The notes under the pieces were generated by a model. The model was not told the origin of the DNA. It saw only the letters and a program-made list of their open reading frames with translations, and ran no database searches. Both the position numbers and the translations under genes were made by a program. Shown piece after piece: positions 1 to 8,896 of a DNA stretch of 64,000 nt (position 1 is the stretch's first letter; the number at the start of each line of letters is the position of its first letter). The DNA is from a virus (Duplodnaviria; Heunggongvirae; Uroviricota; Caudoviricetes): the IMG/VR virus record IMGVR_UViG_2693429668_000006; one strand, given 5' to 3'.

Positions 1-1594
1 CGATGGTATATGCACTTGCAAGAGCTAGTTTTATCGTTTCGCCACTCATTGAACCCGATAAATCAATCACTTGTTGAACACAGGCGTTAACGGCTTTAGA
101 TTCTTCTTTTTTACGAAACACGCGATCATCATTCATTGTTAATCTGTAGATACTTGAACCATGAATGCGCCCCCGACGCTGGCCAGGTATAAACTGAACT
201 CTGTTTCTGCTTGCTATTGCACGTTCCAGGTCTTTTGCCAGCGTCGACGAAACACCTGACGAAAGGTGCTTTTCAATATATTTGTCGAAGAGCTGGTTGC
301 CTTCAGGAACGATGCGATAACGGCTGATTGGATATCCACCTAAATCAATATCGGAGAATGTTTTAATAAGCCGTTTGATATGGGCTTCTGCCTGATCAAT
401 CGAGCCGATGAAGTCGTATGAGCGATTGTATGGCCTGTATTCGCTTTTCGAGCTTTCTGTTAACTCGCTTTTAATCGTTTCGGATAGCGCATCTTCTGTC
501 ATGCCTCCGACTTCATCTTCCATGCTATCCAACTCCTCTAAAGCCTCTTCCAGACTCATTTTTGACGGAGTTGGAATGTCTGAAGAGCCGTCTTCTGTCG
601 ATTTTCTTTTTTCGTGGTCAGTGGTAAATGATTCTGACGCCGCGTTATCAGAAGCACCAGAATCTGATACCTCTTTATCATTTTCTGTATCATCGAATAT
701 TGTTTCTGATGATTCAGAATTATCTGAATCATCACTGTCGTTATTATCATGTTTGTACTTACTGTGTGATTCTGATTTGATAGATTTGTGATTATCTAAC
801 GCTGAGGGTGTCTCATGATCTTCGTTGTCTTCATTGTTTTCTCCAGAGGCATCCGTCTGGTCAGCGTCTGAAGGATCGGAAGTTTTTCCCGGAGCTGACT
901 CCTTACCTTTGCTTTCACTTTCAGTGTCTTTGAGGATCTTAGCTATGGTCGCAGCCACCTTTACACAATCCTCGGTGCAAGACATGTTACGCACGGCCAC
1001 ATCGATACCATGTTCTTTTAATAATGAAATTGGTTTCTCAATGACAGGCCAATATTCATCCATGAAATCTACGAACGGTGCTTGGCCATCCCAGGCTCTT
1101 ACAACCGGACAGAGAAAGAAGTTTAGAAAAAGCGCGCGCTGATCTTTGCCACAATAAGCAATAGCCTCTGAAGCCTTTGTTTTAAAGACTTTTTCGATTA
1201 TAAGGCGCTGAGTTGCCATCAGATTACGTCTTGTTCCGTTAAAGACCTGACCCATTTTTCGCTCGATGAACACGTCTTCTAAGGCATTCCATAGCGACCA
1301 GGAAGGAACGCGTCCTTTTTCTCTCATTTTGTTGGACACACGAATATCGGTAAACAAAATGTGAGCAACCTCATGATCGAGAAATCCGCGCACAGCATTC
1401 ATCAATGCCGGTGTTGCGTTATCCGGGATTGATGGGATGTTTACGAGAATTGGCTCTCCATCATCGTTATAGCGTACATAAGCGTCGTCCCCTCGTTCTG
1501 CAACAGGGATGTTTTTACCTGAAAGGAGAGCGACTACTCGTTTTACACTGTCACGGAAGTCCTGAACCTCTTTGATGGAACGTTTTTTAGACAT
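1..1594 (-). CDS. CobT-like protein with acidic Ser/Asp/Glu-rich linker and C-terminal vWA-type region; partial, 3' end beyond window start
   Basis: Minus-strand ORF open from ATG at 1594..1592 (N-terminus MSKKRSIKEVQDFRDS..., SD AAAGGA upstream) to position 1; not in ORF track because stop lies outside window; family call from memory. Confidence 0.45.
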   Translation of the reverse strand, partial: MSKKRSIKEVQDFRDSVKRVVALLSGKNIPVAERGDDAYVRYNDDGEPILVNIPSIPDNATPALMNAVRGFLDHEVAHILFTDIRVSNKMREKGRVPSWSLWNALEDVFIERKMGQVFNGTRRNLMATQRLIIEKVFKTKASEAIAYCGKDQRALFLNFFLCPVVRAWDGQAPFVDFMDEYWPVIEKPISLLKEHGIDVAVRNMSCTEDCVKVAATIAKILKDTESESKGKESAPGKTSDPSDADQTDASGENNEDNEDHETPSALDNHKSIKSESHSKYKHDNNDSDDSDNSESSETIFDDTENDKEVSDSGASDNAASESFTTDHEKRKSTEDGSSDIPTPSKMSLEEALEELDSMEDEVGGMTEDALSETIKSELTESSKSEYRPYNRSYDFIGSIDQAEAHIKRLIKTFSDIDLGGYPISRYRIVPEGNQLFDKYIEKHLSSGVSSTLAKDLERAIASRNRVQFIPGQRRGRIHGSSIYRLTMNDDRVFRKKEESKAVNACVQQVIDLSGSMSGETIKLALASAYTI

Positions 1595-1692
1595 GGCTAA
1601 TCCTTTGTTATGAAAACAAATTATTTACTAGTGTGTTTAATGTAGCACTGCGCGAACAGGGAACTAAGCCATTCGCGCAGGGAGAAGAGGGG

Positions 1693-1905
1693 TTAACAGA
1701 TTCTGACGGCTAAAGACCCGGAGCCGGTATTGAGAAGCGTGAAGCGTTTGTTGTTAAGTTCGAATATAAAGCCAGTTGTGTCATTCACACCAACCTGAAT
1801 CTGCTCATTCGGTAGATCGGTGAGGATGTCAGCTACACACTCATCAGCTAATTTCTGTACGTGTCCGATCTCAAGAGCGATTAGGCTGGAAATAGTGGTG
1901 TTCAT
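1693..1905 (-). CDS. hypothetical small protein (70 aa)
   Basis: ORF track only; no recognisable motif. Confidence 0.3.
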   Translation of the reverse strand: MNTTISSLIALEIGHVQKLADECVADILTDLPNEQIQVGVNDTTGFIFELNNKRFTLLNTGSGSLAVRIC

Positions 1906-2156
1906 TCAATCAATCCATTCTAACTTATACTATGGTAAGGAATACTACTAAAATCTATATCAATACTGAATACATTCATATCATATGCAAGTTGATTTTC
2001 TTACCTGTTTTGGGCTAATTTTTCTCCGTGCAATGGCCTTTAACCGGTCTTTTAAGTGCCTATCGAAAAAAATGATAATAGCTTTACAACCCTAACCTTT
2101 GATGTAATATCGGTAAGCACTTACCAGAGAGAATTGAACGCGCAAAGGTTGTAACC

Positions 2157-2543
2157 ATGTCTGATAACAAGATTGAATTTATAGAAAGTCGCTACGCTGC
2201 TTTTATCGCAGGGTTGATTGAATCCTCACCTATGAGCCAGGCCCAGATAGCCAAAACAATTGGGTATAAAAACGCCAACAACCTTTCTTTAATTAAAAGC
2301 GGCAAAATTCCTTTGCCTATCGATAAGGTTCGTCCGCTGGCGCTGGCACTGGGCATTGAGCCAAGTCGTCTTATGATGATGGTGCTGGAAGAACGCCAAC
2401 CCGAACTCGCAGCATTTTTATACAAAGAAGGCACTGCTCCTCTTAACGAGGACGAAAAACAGGTTCTTGCTGCATATAACGAGCGATTCGGTAAAGAGAA
2501 AGGCGCATCACAAAAGGTTGTTGAGGCCATAAAGTCTCTATGA
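2157..2543 (+). CDS. HTH XRE-family transcriptional regulator
   Basis: Helix-turn-helix-like segment SQAQIAKTIGYKNANNLSLIKSG; divergent from integrase. Confidence 0.55.
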   Translation: MSDNKIEFIESRYAAFIAGLIESSPMSQAQIAKTIGYKNANNLSLIKSGKIPLPIDKVRPLALALGIEPSRLMMMVLEERQPELAAFLYKEGTAPLNEDEKQVLAAYNERFGKEKGASQKVVEAIKSL

Positions 2544-3641
2544 AAAATTTACACGAATAAGCTCTGTTGATAGACGATCTCCCTTAAATTTGTGGTCAAT
2601 TTCGTCTAAATCCGGTTGCTCTACGATTGATGCGATGTACGTCGAGAAACTTTCTAAGGCGTCTCGCATCTCGTCCATATAATCGTGCCGGTCGTAGACC
2701 CGATCTATCCCCTCAAGACTGTGGTTCATGATTTTACGTGATACCTCCTGGCTTATGCCTAATGCTGGGAAGTAACTACGCGCAGTACGGCGCAAATCTC
2801 GGGGTGTAAATGGCTCAAGCTCCATCAGTTCTGGTCGTTCCAGAATACGACGTAATGCCTGGGCTATTGCCACTTTAGACATAGGAAGGTCTTTCCCGAT
2901 TTTTTTATTCGAAGGCACGAGCCACTGGCTGTCTTTACCATATTCGAACAACTCTTCAATACAAGTGCGCATTAATGAGCTTAAAGGCAGAGAATGCTCA
3001 CGGGCAGATTTGTTCCTCTTGCCTTGATTCCAAACCCCACGCTTAAGATTGAACTCACTTTTTTTAGCCCGCAGTACTTCGTCAGGTCGTCTTGCGGATA
3101 CAAGACATAGCCTGGCCGCCCATTTTGTACCAGCGCACACATTGAAGTAGTCCCATATATTCCAGAACACCCATACCTCTGCGTCGGTCAGCTTCCGCTC
3201 GCGAGGTGTGGGCTTTGCGCCACCGGCAACTTTGTTAAGTGACATATCGTTTAACGGTGACACGTCTATCATCCCCTGGAAGGCGCACCAGCTAAGGAAC
3301 TGCTTCATCAGAGAGAAAACGCGGCGGCCCATAACAATTTTGCCATCCAGTATTAGTGGGTTGACCAGTTGGTTCACCATGAACCTATTAATGTCACTTA
3401 CTTTTACATCGGCAATGTGCGGCAAAACATGTATCAAAATACAATGAACAGCGATCTCTGGCCGACGTCTGGTTATCAGCAGAGATAAGCGAGTGAATAA
3501 CATGAATGCGTCCGAGAATCTCATGTCATTGCTGACCTGGGAGATCATAACGGCCTGCATTTGAGATGCTCTTTCGAGATACTCTATCGCCTCTTTTGAG
3601 GTGTTCTCCGCAGCGCGTGCTCTGTCAAAGCTATTTTTCAT
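2538..3641 (-). CDS. tyrosine recombinase / phage integrase
   Basis: C-terminal region RDLRRTARSY...HSLEGIDRVYDRHDY resembles tyrosine recombinase catalytic region; true start may be an internal Met. Confidence 0.7.
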   Translation of the reverse strand: MKNSFDRARAAENTSKEAIEYLERASQMQAVMISQVSNDMRFSDAFMLFTRLSLLITRRRPEIAVHCILIHVLPHIADVKVSDINRFMVNQLVNPLILDGKIVMGRRVFSLMKQFLSWCAFQGMIDVSPLNDMSLNKVAGGAKPTPRERKLTDAEVWVFWNIWDYFNVCAGTKWAARLCLVSARRPDEVLRAKKSEFNLKRGVWNQGKRNKSAREHSLPLSSLMRTCIEELFEYGKDSQWLVPSNKKIGKDLPMSKVAIAQALRRILERPELMELEPFTPRDLRRTARSYFPALGISQEVSRKIMNHSLEGIDRVYDRHDYMDEMRDALESFSTYIASIVEQPDLDEIDHKFKGDRLSTELIRVNFS

Positions 3642-3851
3642 ATGACAATCACCGAGTTACGCCGATGCACTGTATAAGTAAACAGTATATTAGGCATAGA
3701 TTCTTATAGGATCAAGAGTAAAAGTAACTCATTTTCAGCAATGATTCCATACATAGTAGGTATGGAATCATTTAGCCGTTGTTTTTTGAATTTTAAGGGA
3801 ACCAAGCGTGAGTTTGGTGGGAACAAAAACGGCTCCTGTGAGCCGTTAAAA

Positions 3852-4097
3852 TTAGAGAGTGGTGACGTATGCAGCCAGTTCTGTGTATCCGCCAATCGGT
3901 TGGCCATCGATCAGTACCTGGGGGATAGTCTCTACCGGTTTGCCAACAATTTCGCTAAGTTTTTCCTTATCGATACCGGCAGTGGTGATGTCGATGTACT
4001 CATAATCACCATAGCCGTGTCCCTTTAGTTGTTTCGCCAGCTCGACCGCACGTTTGCAATATGAGCAGTTATCTCGTCCGTAGATAACGATAGTCAT
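3852..4097 (-). CDS. glutaredoxin
   Basis: 81 aa, CSYC active-site motif near N-terminus, overall similarity to Grx1-type sequence; SD GAGGT before ATG. Confidence 0.7.
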   Translation of the reverse strand: MTIVIYGRDNCSYCKRAVELAKQLKGHGYGDYEYIDITTAGIDKEKLSEIVGKPVETIPQVLIDGQPIGGYTELAAYVTTL

Positions 4098-4236
4098 GTT
4101 TACCTCATAATAATTATGTGTTACTTAACCAGAAAATAAATATTACTATAAAAGATAGGTAAGTAAAAACCTATTTAATGTCTGCAATACATCGTAAACT
4201 TGCCTGTTAATCACAACTTAATTTAGTTAATATTTA

Positions 4237-5565
4237 ATGCAACTAACAATGGTAAGTACGAGAGCATACATGCCTGTTTTTATTTCTGTTGCAATTCTAA
4301 TGTTTTCCATAATAATTTTGTTTTTAGGTTTACTACTTGAGCCATTTCAAGATTGGAAGGTTACAGACCAAATTGCTGTATTGAGTAGTTTTATAACGAC
4401 AGCGGCTTTTTGTGCAACAGCGTGGAACGCCTATGAAGCAAGAAAAAGTGCAAAGGCAGCACTGGAGGCCGTTAGGATAACTACCGATTCATTGATTGAG
4501 ATGAGAAAAAATTCTTTCAAAGAATGGTTTGACACTTTATTAAATCAGCATGATGAGTTGTACAATAATGTCATACCAATCATTGAACAGACAAAAAAAC
4601 AATTTAATAAAAATGAAATGCATTCGTTTTTTTATCCATTGGTAAGAAAGCATGAGGTTATTCAGTACATAAAACATATTACCAATATATTAGTCTATGT
4701 AGATAACCGATTTTACATAGATGGAAATTGTTTTGATGAAAAAATGGAATATATTATTCAATTGAGTGGAAAAATACCACCGCAAATGAAGTTGGTTATT
4801 GCAGTTTTTGGATTGGACATCGATTCTCGTGAACCGCTGGATTCAAAAAAACTGTATGCTTTATTAAATAAATATGATTTTTTCAAAGATGAAATATTCT
4901 TTGATGATGCTTATTCAAGCATGCCTGAAGTAGAGCTATTTATAAAGGATAGATTTGATAAAATATTTAAAACCAAGATGTTAAAATACTTTTGGAACGT
5001 GATTAAGGAATATTATTCTCAAGTTGAAGTCAAAGAAATCTGGGTGGTTCGTCGTCCGCAAGTTGCTTCATCGGTATTAATGAACTACCAAACACCATTA
5101 TCTGGTTTAATTGATGATTATTTTAAAAATTTGCCAAATGAGGTAAAGAGCATTTTTGATGAAGCACTAAAAAAAGCTAATGATAGTGTTACGTCTATTG
5201 ATGACTATATTCATCGTTTGATCGGTTGCAGAGTCGCGTCGATTTCAGAGCATGTCCATTTCGAAAGTGAAATACTGAGTAGTGAAAAGGATGTGAAGGA
5301 TATGATTAAAAATTACATAGAGCAAAGAAAAACTGGAAAAAATGCGGTAAATCTTGGGCAGTTATATTTCTCGAGTGAGTCAGATGTAATTACAGGTGAT
5401 CAGTTGAGTGATGCGATCGATGAATATGAGAAAAAGTTGGCACTTATGGCAATAAACGATAATGATGATAGTGATAACCTATTGTGCCATATCTATATTA
5501 AATCATGTGAGATAGTTGATGAATATAAGCGTGAAACATTAAAATTGGGCGAGTACGCACAATAG
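4237..5565 (+). CDS. hypothetical membrane protein (two N-terminal TM helices, about 380 aa cytoplasmic domain), AT-rich
   Basis: Long ORF in strongly AT-rich DNA; hydrophobic segments PVFISVAILMFSIIILFLGLLL and IAVLSSFITTAAFCATAW. Confidence 0.55.
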   Translation: MQLTMVSTRAYMPVFISVAILMFSIIILFLGLLLEPFQDWKVTDQIAVLSSFITTAAFCATAWNAYEARKSAKAALEAVRITTDSLIEMRKNSFKEWFDTLLNQHDELYNNVIPIIEQTKKQFNKNEMHSFFYPLVRKHEVIQYIKHITNILVYVDNRFYIDGNCFDEKMEYIIQLSGKIPPQMKLVIAVFGLDIDSREPLDSKKLYALLNKYDFFKDEIFFDDAYSSMPEVELFIKDRFDKIFKTKMLKYFWNVIKEYYSQVEVKEIWVVRRPQVASSVLMNYQTPLSGLIDDYFKNLPNEVKSIFDEALKKANDSVTSIDDYIHRLIGCRVASISEHVHFESEILSSEKDVKDMIKNYIEQRKTGKNAVNLGQLYFSSESDVITGDQLSDAIDEYEKKLALMAINDNDDSDNLLCHIYIKSCEIVDEYKRETLKLGEYAQ

Positions 5566-5816
5566 GTTGTGCAGATTCGAAGCCTCTTTAAATTTTGCGC
5601 TGAAAATTGTTATTTTACGGTAAGTAACGCTGTTTTCAGCGCATAAATGTCAGTGAATAATTTGATGCTTGCTGTAACGATGGTACGCTACGTAAAATCC
5701 GATATTTATGAGACTGATTGCAGGTAAGGACTTACATAGCGCACAAAAATTGCTGATACCAGATGCAATATATGTTTAATGTCAAATTTTAGATAGGGGC
5801 GTATACGCCCCTGTCA

Positions 5817-6371
5817 TTATTTTATTTTATCTTCTTCTAAACGAGAAAATTTAAATTGTTTATCGGTGATGGTGAGTAGTGTTACACCTTCCTTTTCGTG
5901 TAAAAGACCGGCACCGTTTGACACCATAATCAATCTATCCTTCCCTCGAAAGATTTCATAATATTTACCAGCTCCACAAGTTTTAGTTTCAATACAGTCC
6001 ATGCCAGATACTGCTTCTCTGTTAAAAACACGATCTTTTGTAGCAACGGGTTTTCCGTACTCCTTTGTCAGCATTTCACTTATCTGGATGAATGTATACT
6101 TACCAACATTACTGGTTAATGACATTTCGACTTTTCCGTCGATCAGGTTGCCATTCGTATGCGGTTCTTTTTCAGTCGGACTATTTTTATCTTGAAGAAT
6201 AAACACTTCAACATTTTGTGTTAGCTTCTTGAATTGGGCTTTATAATTTTGTTCAAGTTCACTTTTATCTTTGCCTATTAACGTTAATTCATCTATTTCA
6301 GATTCGTTACACCCTGTTAGTGTTAACGCAATTATTAGAGATGCGAAAATATTGAGATGGCACTTCTTCAT
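5817..6371 (-). CDS. lipoprotein (signal peptide with lipobox LTGC)
   Basis: N-terminus MKKCHLNIFASLIIALTLTGC; AT-rich; hairpin 5795..5812 just past stop. Confidence 0.55.
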   Translation of the reverse strand: MKKCHLNIFASLIIALTLTGCNESEIDELTLIGKDKSELEQNYKAQFKKLTQNVEVFILQDKNSPTEKEPHTNGNLIDGKVEMSLTSNVGKYTFIQISEMLTKEYGKPVATKDRVFNREAVSGMDCIETKTCGAGKYYEIFRGKDRLIMVSNGAGLLHEKEGVTLLTITDKQFKFSRLEEDKIK

Positions 6372-6490
6372 TAATTTGTCTCCATGTTTAACTGCTGCGA
6401 TCTAATCAGGAACATGAAGGCAGTCTAACGCTGCCTCGGATCAAAGCGATAAAACGATACGTGAATATAACTAAGTGTCAACAAATCAAA

Positions 6491-6515
6491 AAAGGGGCCG
6501 AAGCCCCTTTGAATT
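6491..6515 (-). terminator. rho-independent terminator downstream of tRNA cluster
   Basis: Hairpin GGGGCCGAAGCCCC (6494..6507) followed on minus strand by TTTTTTGATTT. Confidence 0.5.
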
Positions 6516-6584
6516 TTGCGCTGAAAAAAGTGTTGCTAGGATGTTAGCAAGCTATGGTTAAGAACGTCTGCCGTAATTGTCTAT

Positions 6585-6662
6585 CACAGCGTTGAGCGGT
6601 CTGGTTTATGTTAGCGGAGTCTTAATCTGGTTGATTAAAAGGCCAAACCGCTCAACGCTGTG
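6585..6662. repeat. long inverted repeat (16 bp perfect arms, 46 nt loop) flanking tRNA cluster
   Basis: Arms CACAGCGTTGAGCGGT (6585..6600) and ACCGCTCAACGCTGTG (6647..6662). Confidence 0.6.
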
Positions 6663-6664
6663 TC

Positions 6665-6751
6665 TGGCGGAGAGTAATGGAATCGAACCATCATCGTTTG
6701 CACAATGGGACGGTTTTCAAGACCGCTTGAGCACCATGCTCCCTACTCTCC
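6665..6751 (-). tRNA. tRNA-Ser-like (anticodon UGA), type II, 87 nt
   Basis: Acceptor GGAGAGT/ACTCTCC, anticodon loop CTTGAAA, T-loop TTCGATT, 3' GCCA; hand-folded, D-arm not fully resolved. Confidence 0.5.
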
Positions 6752-7045
6752 AATTGTGTTGTGTGCTCCGTTTCGTGGAGCTAACGGCGGGTGATCAGAC
6801 CGCACCAGGTTGGACGTATTTCAGCGTTATGCTGTTGCAAGAGAGCCAAATTGTGATGGCCGGTGCTGATCTCCGGCATTGCCTACGTTAGCGGCCTTCA
6901 GGCAGTTCATCCGCTTGCTTCTACGTCGCACATCAGCCTGTGCATTCACCACAATGTTGAGAACACTGGTTGTCACGCTGCAACGCAACATTATATTCAT
7001 AAATTGGGATATGAACCCGTTACGCCAATGTTCTCAATATTATGT

Positions 7046-7121
7046 TGGTGCCGGTTAACGGACTTGAACCGCTGGCCATTTGCTTACAAAGCGACTGCTC
7101 TACCAACTGAGCTAAACCGGC
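7046..7121 (-). tRNA. tRNA-like, possibly tRNA-Thr (UGU), with imperfect anticodon stem (possible pseudo-tRNA)
   Basis: Good acceptor (GCCGGTT/AACCGGC), D-arm and T-arm, 3' ACCA, but anticodon stem GTCGC/GCAAA pairs at only 3 of 5 positions. Confidence 0.4.
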
Positions 7122-7125
7122 AATT

Positions 7126-7212
7126 TGGTGGGGAGTGATGGAGTCGAACCACCCGAGTCGCAATGACAGTAGATTTACAGTCTACACCGCTACCTCTACG
7201 GACTAACTCCCC
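7126..7212 (-). tRNA. tRNA-Tyr (anticodon GUA), type II, 87 nt
   Basis: Acceptor GGGGAGT/ACTCCCC, anticodon stem-loop GTAGA-CTGTAAA-TCTAC, long variable arm, T-loop TTCGACT, 3' ACCA; differs from host tyrT. Confidence 0.6.
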
Positions 7213-7217
7213 TAAAT

Positions 7218-7292
7218 TGGCGATGGTGGGTGGATTCGAACCACCGATCAGTTGGTTAACAGCCAACTGCTCTACCGCTGAGCTACACCATC
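7218..7292 (-). tRNA. tRNA-Asn (anticodon GUU), 75 nt
   Basis: Canonical cloverleaf: acceptor GATGGTG/CACCATC, D-arm GCTC-AGCGGTA-GAGC, anticodon stem-loop GTTGG-CTGTTAA-CCAAC, T-arm GGTGG-TTCGAAT-CCACC, 3' GCCA; sequence differs from host tRNA-Asn. Confidence 0.75.
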
Positions 7293-7556
7293 AATTCAGC
7301 ACTGCCAGTATTTATTACTCAGCAGTGCCAATCGCGGCGGTGTTAGTTTTTGCCAATAAACGCACCGCTACTTGCACTTTTCGTTAGTGCCAGACGTTTT
7401 CGACTTCGCTCAATAGAAGGCAAAATCTTTAAGTAGATGATGTTTCTGAGGACAGCACCTACTTTGTAATTTACATAATGCGGTGTATGGAATCATTTGT
7501 TGTGAAAACAGGCACCAATGGCAACAGTGGTTAAACCTACACAACAATCCTGTCTT

Positions 7557-7678
7557 CACAACGTTGAGGCCACTACCCCGATTGAATGTTTGCCCAACAT
7601 GTTACATATCAACGTTCGCCAGTATCTCTGTGAATAGAACCTTAGAATTGATAAAAATGTAATGGCCTCAACGTTGTG
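7557..7678. repeat. long inverted repeat (15 bp perfect arms, 92 nt loop) on other side of tRNA cluster
   Basis: Arms CACAACGTTGAGGCC (7557..7571) and GGCCTCAACGTTGTG (7664..7678); arm sequence related to element at 6585..6662. Confidence 0.6.
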
Positions 7679-8081
7679 TGCTGGCTAACCATACCAGCCG
7701 GGCTACGTCGCCGCTTTTTAACCCAGTATAAACGACATAATTGAACAAAATGACGTAACAGGATGGGCGGTCAGTGGCTAAGAATCCGGGAGTGATATGG
7801 AGTTGGAAATATACCGACCGCCCATTCTGTTACTTCATCGGAGAGGGCATGGGTGGTGCCGTATCATGCCCTCTCCTGCGTTCTGCAATCACACTCGCTC
7901 AGTGTGTCCCATTTCGGTAACGAGGCTGGAAACTGACCTCGCTGGTGTTTGGCTTATTAGGCTACTGCCAGATAGACTTCTTCGTTTGCACTTGTATTTA
8001 AGTTCAAACAGTCGCGTCTCAACGAAAACAAAGCCATCTTATACATAAAAGATAAGTAAGTAAATACTTATCGTGATGTTT

Positions 8082-8372
8082 TTATTCGGTTGTGACTTTT
8101 TTGATCATGGCCACTCTACGATCAGGTGTTCTTGTGATGGTTGCAGTGAATCGTTTCGCTTGGATAGTAATGGTTTCGTTCTCCTTAAGTTGCCCGTAGC
8201 GAGTTTCCACCAGGGTGCCAAGACGCCACAGGCAATCATCGATACGTTTATGACTGGCAAATTTAATCAGCAGCAGTTTTACGACTAACTGACCTACGTA
8301 AAAGGCGAATCCGACTCCAGTCGCGATGAAATAGTGTACCAACCACCAGTCCCAAGAAGTTAAATTGCTCAT
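8082..8372 (-). CDS. hypothetical membrane protein
   Basis: ORF track; hydrophobic segment WDWWLVHYFIATGVGFAFYVG; start ATG overlaps stop of upstream small ORF (ATGA). Confidence 0.45.
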   Translation of the reverse strand: MSNLTSWDWWLVHYFIATGVGFAFYVGQLVVKLLLIKFASHKRIDDCLWRLGTLVETRYGQLKENETITIQAKRFTATITRTPDRRVAMIKKVTTE

Positions 8373-8521
8373 TTTCTCACCTTTGTTTCATGAATTACCC
8401 GATACACACGCTTTCCGATGCACAGTGTTTTGGTTTTAAGTTCCTGCTTAATTAAGTCACGACAGATGCCGAAGCCGATAAGGAAACCAGCCATAAAAGC
8501 TAATGAGATGTATGGAATCAT
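8369..8521 (-). CDS. small membrane peptide (50 aa), translationally coupled
   Basis: Hand-translated MIPYISLAFMAGFLIGFGICRDLIKQ...; ATGA overlaps with both neighbours; below ORF-track size cutoff. Confidence 0.35.
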   Translation of the reverse strand: MIPYISLAFMAGFLIGFGICRDLIKQELKTKTLCIGKRVYRVIHETKVRK

Positions 8522-8733
8522 TCTAACGCTCCTGATTCTACTAATTGCTGTAGCAATACTTTCCCTTTATCAGTTAACTGGTAGTTGGCCGAGCACCACG
8601 TTTCAGAAACGTTTGCAACCAACCCTAACCGCTCTAACTTAGCCCGCGTTTTAGGCTTCCAGTACTCAGGGAACTCCGGCCACTTACTGATTTCATGAAG
8701 CGTTTCCTTCTCCCGCTTACTTAATACGATCAT
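8518..8733 (-). CDS. hypothetical small protein (71 aa)
   Basis: ORF track; coupled to neighbouring small ORFs. Confidence 0.4.
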   Translation of the reverse strand: MIVLSKREKETLHEISKWPEFPEYWKPKTRAKLERLGLVANVSETWCSANYQLTDKGKVLLQQLVESGALE

Positions 8734-8896
8734 CCTTAATCTCCTTCACTGTGTGGGTTATTTCTACAATGCGATAAATACGACCGCGTCGTTCTATAAC
8801 ACCGCTTTTAATGTAGTCATTGATGCAACTGGACATCACCACAATACCGATTAAAAAACCAACCGCTAAAAATGCAATCATCCAGCCGAGCATCAT
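8717..8896 (-). CDS. small membrane peptide (59 aa), translationally coupled to ligase gene
   Basis: Hand-translated MMLGWMIAFLAVGFLIGIVVMSSCINDY...; start overlaps ligase stop (ATGA); below ORF-track cutoff. Confidence 0.35.
   Translation of the reverse strand: MMLGWMIAFLAVGFLIGIVVMSSCINDYIKSGVIERRGRIYRIVEITHTVKEIKDDRIK

Noticed and set aside
3741-4028. Plus-strand ORF of 95 aa starting MIPYIVG
   Set aside because: Mostly antisense to the glutaredoxin gene; only the first few codons lie in the intergenic inverted repeat, so it was treated as part of a repeated sequence motif rather than a gene
6577-7387. Plus-strand ORFs 6577..6891, 6863..7138, 7163..7387 and minus-strand 7084..7266
   Set aside because: They overlap the tRNA genes and the flanking inverted repeats; no ribosome-binding sites; tRNA structure explains the sequence
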